Positions 19,026-24,779 of a DNA stretch of 49,751 nt are shown here, piece by piece. Every line of letters begins with the position of its first letter. Positions within the stretch are counted from its first letter, which is position 1. The stretch covers positions 1 through 49,751 of the IMG/VR virus record IMGVR_UViG_3300037692_000257, one strand, 5' to 3'. The DNA comes from a virus. Taxonomy: Duplodnaviria > Caudoviricetes. A program made the position numbers and the translations under genes. The notes beneath the pieces were generated by a model. It had not been told where the DNA came from. It ran no database searches and saw only the letters and a list, made by a program, of their open reading frames with translations.

Positions 19026-19601
19026 ATGCAGGTCCACGTCGAACTCAAAGGTCGCTCGGGACTGGTCATGCACAACGGACGCCTGGCCGACCCTCTCGAT
19101 CCGCTGGCTGCGGGACTGAGTGAGCTGACCAGCAAATCGAAGAAGACGGAAGAGGAGCAGCGAGCAATCGCGGATTACGAGTGGAAGGCGTCGCTCTACT
19201 ACGACAAGGAGATCGGGCCCTATATCCCGGCCGAGAATGTCATTCGCAGCTTCCGTGATGCGGCCACGGCGTGGAAGCTCGGCGAGCGCGTGTACGACTT
19301 TGTGGTCGTGCTGGACGACAAAGTGCCCCTTCAACACGACGGACCCTCCGAGCTCGGCAAGCTCGCCAAGCGCGAAGAGAATCGGCTGCGAAAGACCGTC
19401 AAGATCGGTCGCAACCGGACCCCGCGGACTCGCCCGATCTTCCGATCGTGGGGCCTGTCTTTCGACATCGAGTTGGAGGAGGACGGGCTCAACTTCGCCG
19501 ATCTGACTCGTATCGCGGAGCGGGCTGGTCGACTCGAAGGCCTCGGCGATGCCCGGAAGCTCGGATACGGGCGATTCGACGCCCATCTGACGCCCGCATG
19601 A
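19026..19601 (+). CDS. Stand-alone RAMP/Cas7-like RNA-binding protein (Vipr-like, 191 aa)
   Basis: RAMP pattern: first beta strand plus LVMHN, PYIPAENVIRSFRDAA (IP..x(K/R) helix), TRPIF..W.LSFDI, C-terminal Gly-rich loop GLGDARKLGYGRF; no other cas genes present. Confidence 0.8.
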   Translation: MQVHVELKGRSGLVMHNGRLADPLDPLAAGLSELTSKSKKTEEEQRAIADYEWKASLYYDKEIGPYIPAENVIRSFRDAATAWKLGERVYDFVVVLDDKVPLQHDGPSELGKLAKREENRLRKTVKIGRNRTPRTRPIFRSWGLSFDIELEEDGLNFADLTRIAERAGRLEGLGDARKLGYGRFDAHLTPA

Positions 19602-20059
19602 GCGCGCGGTTCGAGCCGAAGGGGGAGAAGCCCGAGTGGCGGATGATCTATGACGATCTGCTCTCGGAGGCCGACTTCGGTGATGTCATCACGTACGCCA
19701 TGCTCGAAGAGACGCTCGGCCGGCCGTTCGCCGCCAACCGCGGACCTCTCTATCGAGCGCGTGACCACCTGGGGGACATTCAAAAGCGCTGGCTGGAAGC
19801 GGTACCGAACATCGGATATCGCGTGATCGATGCTGCCGAGCACATCCGGGTCGCCGCGAGCCACAAGGCGAAAGGGCGGCGTCAGTACGGGCGAATGCTG
19901 AAGGTTATGCAGGTGACCGATCTGACGAAGCTCGGTCCCGACGAACTGGCGACGTGGGATGAGCAGCAGAAGATCGGTTTCGCCCTCTGGGGCGTGATCG
20001 CTCACGAATCGCGCATCCGCCGGATCGAGGAGATCCTGCGGAAAGAGGGGCTGCTCTAG
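19598..20059 (+). CDS. Accessory protein of the RAMP cassette (153 aa; possible winged-helix plus helical domain)
   Basis: ATGA overlap with the RAMP gene; GDVITY..L...LYRAR..L....L..V..IGYRV pattern. Confidence 0.75.
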   Translation: MSARFEPKGEKPEWRMIYDDLLSEADFGDVITYAMLEETLGRPFAANRGPLYRARDHLGDIQKRWLEAVPNIGYRVIDAAEHIRVAASHKAKGRRQYGRMLKVMQVTDLTKLGPDELATWDEQQKIGFALWGVIAHESRIRRIEEILRKEGLL

Positions 20060-20064
20060 TTCGT

Positions 20065-20149
20065 GGCCGGGCATGGCCGGGCGGGGCATGGCACGGCAAG
20101 GCGCGGCCAGGCGAGGCATGGCGAGGTGTGGCCGGGCTTGGCAGGGTTG
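20065..20149 (+). repeat. GGY-NN tract 1 (17 units)
   Basis: NN = CG AT CG GG AT AC AA GC CA GA AT GA GT CG TT AG TG; all 17 units start GGY. Confidence 0.95.
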
Positions 20150-20169
20150 CACTGATCCGGCTCTCACGT

Positions 20170-20349
20170 GGCAGGGCTTGGCCCGGTGGGGCGTGGCTGA
20201 GCGGAGCAAGGCTCGGCGGGGCATGGCGGGTCGCGGCATGGTTTGGCGTGACATGGCAGGGCTCGGCGTGACACGGCGAGGCGCGGCGCGGCCGGGCTTG
20301 GTTGGGCATGGCGTGGTGTGGCGGAGCGCGGCGAGGCAGGGCAGGGTTT
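20170..20349 (+). repeat. GGY-NN tract 2 (36 units)
   Basis: NN = AG TT CC GG GT TG GG AA TC GG AT GG GC AT TT GT AT AG TC GT AC GA GC GC CG TT TG AT GT GT GG GC GA AG AG TT; 30 GGY, 3 AGC, 2 GAC, 1 GTC. Confidence 0.95.
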
Positions 20350-20365
20350 CGACGTCCACGGCTGG

Positions 20366-20557
20366 CTAGCGTCTCCTTCCGCGCCGCGCCTTAGCTTGCT
20401 GTTGAGCCTTCTTCCGCGCATTCACTTCGAGTTCGTAGAAGGCGGACCATCGAATCCACTCGGCGTAGGTCATCTCTCGGCGCATCCGAGCTACGGTCCC
20501 GAGGTGCAACTCGCGCGTGAGAAAGAAGTCGAAATGGAGCTCATTCTCTGCCAGGAA
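20366..20557 (-). CDS. Tail assembly chaperone frameshift extension (gpGT-like)
   Basis: Open frame FLAENELHFDFFLTRELHLGTVARMRREMTYAEWIRWSAFYELE...RRR* overlapping the chaperone 3' end, lacking its own start at the 5' end. Confidence 0.75.
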   Translation of the reverse strand, partial: FLAENELHFDFFLTRELHLGTVARMRREMTYAEWIRWSAFYELEVNARKKAQQQAKARRGRRR

Positions 20558-20999
20558 ATCGGCGCTTAGCCGCCTCCCGTGCCCCGGGCTCTGCTCCGTT
20601 GAGCTCGAGGATCCGGCGCATCACCCGATCGAACACGGCCGCCGACTTGCCGCGCAGCACGCTCACCGCGGCGCTCGTCATCTCGGGCTCGATGACGCAG
20701 GCCGTGAACATGAGCAGCTCGGCCAGGTTGCGATCGTTGCCTGATGCGGACTCTTCGCGGATCTCAAGCTGACGCTGCTTTGTCATGGCGCGGACCCGGA
20801 GCGACCCGCCCCACTCGGGCACGTCGATCGTGTCTTCACCGAGATCGTCGGCGGCGACGATTGCCTCTAGTGTCAGACGGGGGAGATCGCCTTCACCGCC
20901 TGCTCCGTTGACGGTGGGCGGAGGATCGGCGGGAGGAATTGCACCTCCCGCGTCCTTCTGATCTTCGATGGACTCCGTAATCTCGGCCGGATCGATCAT
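20541..20999 (-). CDS. Tail assembly chaperone (gpG-like)
   Basis: VPEWGGSLRVRAMT motif; lies between tail tube and tape measure genes; GAGCAGGA RBS region. Confidence 0.85.
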   Translation of the reverse strand: MIDPAEITESIEDQKDAGGAIPPADPPPTVNGAGGEGDLPRLTLEAIVAADDLGEDTIDVPEWGGSLRVRAMTKQRQLEIREESASGNDRNLAELLMFTACVIEPEMTSAAVSVLRGKSAAVFDRVMRRILELNGAEPGAREAAKRRFPGRE

Positions 21000-21024
21000 G
21001 TCCTGCTCCTCTGGCTGGCGCGCG

Positions 21025-21435
21025 TCAGGCGACCGCGCGGGTGATGGCCCCGTCGACCTGGAACTCGCCGCTGATCGAGGCGGGCCCGTCGACGCCGGTG
21101 TTGATCTCGTAGTTGGTCAGGACCGCGTTGCCCGAGTACTTGGGCTTCGTCGCCCCCACCGGCTCGCCGGCCGGGTAGTACTCGAAGGCCTTCGAGAGCT
21201 GCAGGATGCCCGCGAGATAACCGTCGACCGTCGGGTCGAACAGACCATCGAGCGGGATCGACGCGTCGATCAGGCCGCCGACGAAGCTCTTGTAGGTCGA
21301 TCCGAGGGTCGAGGTCTCGGCCAGGTCGGCCATGCGCTGCAGGCCGGCCGAGGAGAGATAGCTGGTGATGTCGCGGAGCGTCCCGCCCGCGTCGGTGATG
21401 TGGAACGTGCTGTCCTTGCCGTGGGTGAATGCCAT
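21025..21435 (-). CDS. Major tail tube protein (136 aa)
   Basis: MAFTHGKDS...ETSTLGSTYKSFVGGL...YSGNAVLTNYEI tube pattern; position in the module. Confidence 0.8.
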   Translation of the reverse strand: MAFTHGKDSTFHITDAGGTLRDITSYLSSAGLQRMADLAETSTLGSTYKSFVGGLIDASIPLDGLFDPTVDGYLAGILQLSKAFEYYPAGEPVGATKPKYSGNAVLTNYEINTGVDGPASISGEFQVDGAITRAVA

Positions 21436-21450
21436 CGCTCGTGCTCTCCT

Positions 21451-22203
21451 CTATGCGCCGGTGTACTTGCGGTTGACTGCGATCCCGTAGGTGATCGACG
21501 GGCCCGTCCCGCTGATCACGCGGGCACTCCTGACATAGCGACGGAGGGTCGCCCCCGCGGCCCCGGCGATACGCTCCGACCCGATCGCCGTCTTGGCCGC
21601 GAAGGCGCCTCCGGTGACGTCTGCGAACGTCGAGTTGTCGGCTGAGTCCTGGATCCGGGCGGTCAGGGTCGGCGTGCCGGTGCCCGCGACCGCGAAGACG
21701 TGGAGATAAGCGGCCCAGCTTTCGCTGGTGGCCCCAGGGGTGGCCCCGCCGTCGACCGCCGTGGCGTCCTCTCCGGTGGCCGTCTCGGCGCCCTTGGGGT
21801 GGACGACGAAGACGGGTTCCGGGCCGACCGCTGATTGCGCCTCCATCGAGATCCCCGCGACGCCGTCGGCGGGCGTTGTCACCTCGTACTGCGTCTCGAC
21901 GGCGGTCATCGAGCGGCCGCGAGCTCCGAGTGCGTCGCCCGCGATCAGGTGGGTCATCTCGCGAGCGACGCCGTTGAGCGCCGCGGCGAAGACCTCGTCG
22001 ACCGCGTCGGCGCTGCCGTCGTAGAAGCCACCGGCGGACAGCGTTGCGTCGCTCTTGCCGCCGACCCAGCCCTTGACCGTCGAGCCAAAGGGCGAGGCCT
22101 CGGCCAGGTCGCCCGCCGTCTGTGAGTTCGCCTCGCTGAGATAGCCGGTCAGGTCATAGCCGCCGAACCAGACCTTCGAATCGCGACCGTGGGAAAATGC
22201 CAC
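21451..22203 (-). CDS. Tail tube paralog with C-terminal extra domain (250 aa)
   Basis: N-terminal half aligns by eye with 21025-21435 (MAFSHGRDS...LAEASPFGSTVKGWVGG). Confidence 0.7.
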   Translation of the reverse strand: MAFSHGRDSKVWFGGYDLTGYLSEANSQTAGDLAEASPFGSTVKGWVGGKSDATLSAGGFYDGSADAVDEVFAAALNGVAREMTHLIAGDALGARGRSMTAVETQYEVTTPADGVAGISMEAQSAVGPEPVFVVHPKGAETATGEDATAVDGGATPGATSESWAAYLHVFAVAGTGTPTLTARIQDSADNSTFADVTGGAFAAKTAIGSERIAGAAGATLRRYVRSARVISGTGPSITYGIAVNRKYTGA

Positions 22204-22647
22204 CTAGGCCACCAGGCCTTTCCGGTTGAGTGCCCGCATGGCGGCATAAGCACTCTCTCGAGCTGCGACCACCTCATCGGTCACAAGATTCCAAGCTGTG
22301 CGCTTATCGAAGATGAGCTCGGAGTGGAACGAGATCGCGAGGTCGGCCTGCCGCCGTTTCACGATCAGATAGGGGCGTATTGCCTCGAGCAGCTCTCGTG
22401 CGACCGAGCCGTGCCATCGCACGATCCATTGCGGCTTGTCGCGGATCCCCGATGTCGGATTGGGCGTGACCGAGACGGCGTTCCACGTTGCTGCGAGCCA
22501 TTCGAGGAGCGATCGATCCGTGTTTGTGACCGCTACAGCGAGCCCGTGATACGTCTTGCCGTTGTTCGCTCTGATGCGTTTGATCTGGATGCAGCCCTCG
22601 CCGTCGATGATCCCGGCGGTGTAGGCACGAACTGCGACGTTCGCCAT
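22204..22647 (-). CDS. Free-standing LAGLIDADG homing endonuclease
   Basis: AYTAGIIDGEGCI motif; IRPYLIVKRRQA; atypical codon usage. Confidence 0.88.
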   Translation of the reverse strand: MANVAVRAYTAGIIDGEGCIQIKRIRANNGKTYHGLAVAVTNTDRSLLEWLAATWNAVSVTPNPTSGIRDKPQWIVRWHGSVARELLEAIRPYLIVKRRQADLAISFHSELIFDKRTAWNLVTDEVVAARESAYAAMRALNRKGLVA

Positions 22648-22826
22648 CAGTCGCCATCCCTCTGAGGCGCCGGCGCCTCGAGCTCCTCGATGATCCCGTC
22701 ACGCAGGAGCCAGCGGAGCGACGCCGGCGGGATGTCGTCGACGATCGCCCCGGGCTCGGCCCGCTTGTCGTTGGGCGGGTAGTTGATCCCGACCAGGACG
22801 CGGTACTTCTGTCGTTTCTTCGTCAT
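22647..22826 (-). CDS. Small conserved phage tail-region protein (59 aa)
   Basis: Manual translation MTKKRQKYRVLVGINYPP...WLLRDGIIEE; coupled overlaps. Confidence 0.7.
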   Translation of the reverse strand: MTKKRQKYRVLVGINYPPNDKRAEPGAIVDDIPPASLRWLLRDGIIEELEAPAPQRDGD

Positions 22827-23236
22827 GCCGGCGCCACCTCAATCTCGAAGAGCGATCCAACGTGCATGAAGGTCCGCCCGCCGAGGACGTCCTCGGGGTA
22901 CTCGACGTCGCCGACCCGGCGCAGGGCCATCAGCGTGTAGCCGCTGATCGTGATCGCCTGGTCGGTCAGGATCGCGTCGGCGCGCACCCGGACCTGATCG
23001 CCGACGTCGCTCGAGGGACCATCGGTCACGGCCTTGACCAGGTAGCGCAGCCGGCGGAAGGCGCGCCCGCCGAGGGTGTACACGTCCTCCCGGCCGGTCG
23101 GCATCTTGGCGAAGACGATGTACGGGAACGCGGTGTCCTGGGGCGCCTTGCGGGCATGGACGCCGCCCGGCGCGAGGGTGGTCAGCGTGGCGTCGGCGCC
23201 GAGCGTGGTCTTGAGCGCGCTGTCGATCGCGTTCAT
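22823..23236 (-). CDS. Tail terminator/completion protein (DUF3168-like)
   Basis: APQDTAFPYIVF motif; position in the module. Confidence 0.8.
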   Translation of the reverse strand: MNAIDSALKTTLGADATLTTLAPGGVHARKAPQDTAFPYIVFAKMPTGREDVYTLGGRAFRRLRYLVKAVTDGPSSDVGDQVRVRADAILTDQAITISGYTLMALRRVGDVEYPEDVLGGRTFMHVGSLFEIEVAPA

Positions 23237-23655
23237 CGCGACATCGGCCCGGAGATCGTGCCGCCACCGAGGCCGCCCAGGACCGAGCGCATGGCCGCCT
23301 CGTAATCGGTGCGCTCCTCCTCGGCTGCCGGCCCGAAGAACGGGCGCGGCTCCATCTGGGTCGTGCCGAACTCGAGGTGCGGCGCGTGCTCAGCGGTCGA
23401 GAAGACGCGCCCCGAGGCCGCCGAGACCATCTCGGTGTCGATCGAGTTGGCCAGCTGGCCGAACATGATCGCCGGCGCCTCGCCGGGAGCCGACGCCTGG
23501 TGCGTGCCGTACATGCGCCCGCTCTTGGGGCCGCCCATCGAACCCACGGCGCGCTCGCGGATGTTGCCCATGGCGGCCACGACGACGCCGGCGGCGCGTC
23601 GCTCAAGCTCCCGCCGGATCTGCGGGAAGTGGTTGAAGCCGCGCCGGACCGCCAT
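23233..23655 (-). CDS. HK97 gp10-like neck/tail completion protein
   Basis: ASAPGEAPA..GQLANSI...HLEFGTTQMEPRPFFGPA motif. Confidence 0.88.
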   Translation of the reverse strand: MAVRRGFNHFPQIRRELERRAAGVVVAAMGNIRERAVGSMGGPKSGRMYGTHQASAPGEAPAIMFGQLANSIDTEMVSAASGRVFSTAEHAPHLEFGTTQMEPRPFFGPAAEEERTDYEAAMRSVLGGLGGGTISGPMSR

Positions 23656-24035
23656 CAGCTGATCTCCGCCGCGATGACCCGCCGGTTGGCCGAGTACGAG
23701 CGGGGCGCGTCGATCGTGATGATCTCGAACGTGACGCCGCGAGAGCGCAGCTGGTCGGAGAGGCGCAGGACCCGGTCGTGCCCGACCGTGACGACGAACG
23801 GCTGGCGGCCGCCGAGCTTGTCGGCATAGCGCGTTTCGACGTAGGTGCCCTCGCGGTTCGAGAGCGGCGAGACGCGGCCGCCGCCCGACGAGTGGCGCGC
23901 GTAGGTCCACGTCTGGCTGCCCTTGCCGTCGGGCGTCTCGGTCTTGCGCCAGACCTCGATCGAGCGGTCGAACGTGCGCTCGGTGTCGCGGCGCAGGCCG
24001 AGCATCTCGCGGGGCGTGGGTGCGATCGCGGGCAT
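23655..24035 (-). CDS. Head closure/head-tail adaptor protein
   Basis: TPDGKGSQTWT and DQLRSRGVTFEI patterns; position in the module. Confidence 0.75.
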   Translation of the reverse strand: MPAIAPTPREMLGLRRDTERTFDRSIEVWRKTETPDGKGSQTWTYARHSSGGGRVSPLSNREGTYVETRYADKLGGRQPFVVTVGHDRVLRLSDQLRSRGVTFEIITIDAPRSYSANRRVIAAEIS

Positions 24036-24691
24036 CAGAACGGAGCGTCCGGCTGACCGTAGAAGTTTCTTCGCGGGTTCGTGGCCGTCGTGCCGACGTC
24101 ACGGCTCGACACGTCCTGGCTGTAGCCGTCGACTCGCGTGATGGCCGCGCTGACCAGGCCGCGCTCGCGCTGCAGCCGGGTCCGGATGGCGGCCGCCTGG
24201 GCGATCCAGCGCTCAGAGACGTGCGAGCGTTTGAACTCCTGGCCGTCGGTCTTGGTGTCGACGTCGCCGGCGTGCGCCGCTGCCTGCCAGTCGCACAGCA
24301 TGGCCGCCGCTTCGAGGAGCGCGGTCACGGGGCCCGTGTCGGCTTCGGCCGTGTCGGTCAGGCCGAACTGGCGGAGCGCCTCGGTCACGTCGGCGTCGGC
24401 CAGCTCGGCCGTCCGGTAGGTGGCCTCGACGTTGTCGGTGCCGCTGCCCGGCGCCACGCCGAAGATCAGCCGCCCGCTGTCGTCGTCGAGGGTGTACTGG
24501 CTGGCGCCCGGCGCCGACGCGACCTCGGTGTACGTCGTGCCGCCGACTTTGACCGTCTGGCTGTTGGCGACGATCGGCGGGGCGCTCAGCCAGAACTCGG
24601 TGGCGCTGCCGTCGCCCGAATCGGTGTCGCGGGCGTAGACGCCGCGATCGCCGGCCTCGCGCCGTACGAGCTGGGCGTTCGTGTAGGCCAT
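24035..24691 (-). CDS. Head-tail connector protein with inserted beta domain
   Basis: VRREAGD...helical C-terminus DVDTKTDGQEFKRS; position in the module. Confidence 0.65.
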   Translation of the reverse strand: MAYTNAQLVRREAGDRGVYARDTDSGDGSATEFWLSAPPIVANSQTVKVGGTTYTEVASAPGASQYTLDDDSGRLIFGVAPGSGTDNVEATYRTAELADADVTEALRQFGLTDTAEADTGPVTALLEAAAMLCDWQAAAHAGDVDTKTDGQEFKRSHVSERWIAQAAAIRTRLQRERGLVSAAITRVDGYSQDVSSRDVGTTATNPRRNFYGQPDAPF

Positions 24692-24755
24692 CGTCAGCCG
24701 GGGGACCGGGTCGGGCAGTCCATGGCGCGACGGTAGAACGGAGTCGCCGGGCGGA

Positions 24756-24779
24756 CTACCGGGTCGTTTGGGCCATCAG
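24756..24779 (-). promoter_or_regulatory. 24-bp repeated intergenic motif, copy 1
   Basis: CTGATGGCCCAAACGACCCGGTAG (minus strand), identical to 32324-32347. Confidence 0.7.

Larger units (their letters stand above)
20065..20349 (+). ncRNA. Putative guide-RNA array of GGY-NN pentamers (vrRNA-like)
   Basis: 53 in-phase 5-nt units (47 with GGY) directly downstream of the cassette genes; NN highly variable. Confidence 0.8.

Noticed and set aside
20065-20349. Reading the array as a CRISPR array, simple microsatellite or G-quadruplex element
   Set aside because: There are no 25-45-bp repeats with spacers; the NN positions are too diverse for slippage expansion and decode to flanking-gene homologs. 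G-quadruplex formation is possible but does not explain the NN content
19331-20359. 342-aa minus-strand ORF starting at a GTG with an SD-like sequence
   Set aside because: Runs antisense through the array and both cassette genes with low-complexity content; the GTG and SD are more plausibly a vestige of the original tape-measure start
20073-20369. 98-aa plus-strand ORF over the pentamer array (also 19905-20309 and 20164-20421 on the minus strand)
   Set aside because: The translation merely reflects the 5-nt periodicity, which is unrelated to codon phase; better explained as non-coding RNA
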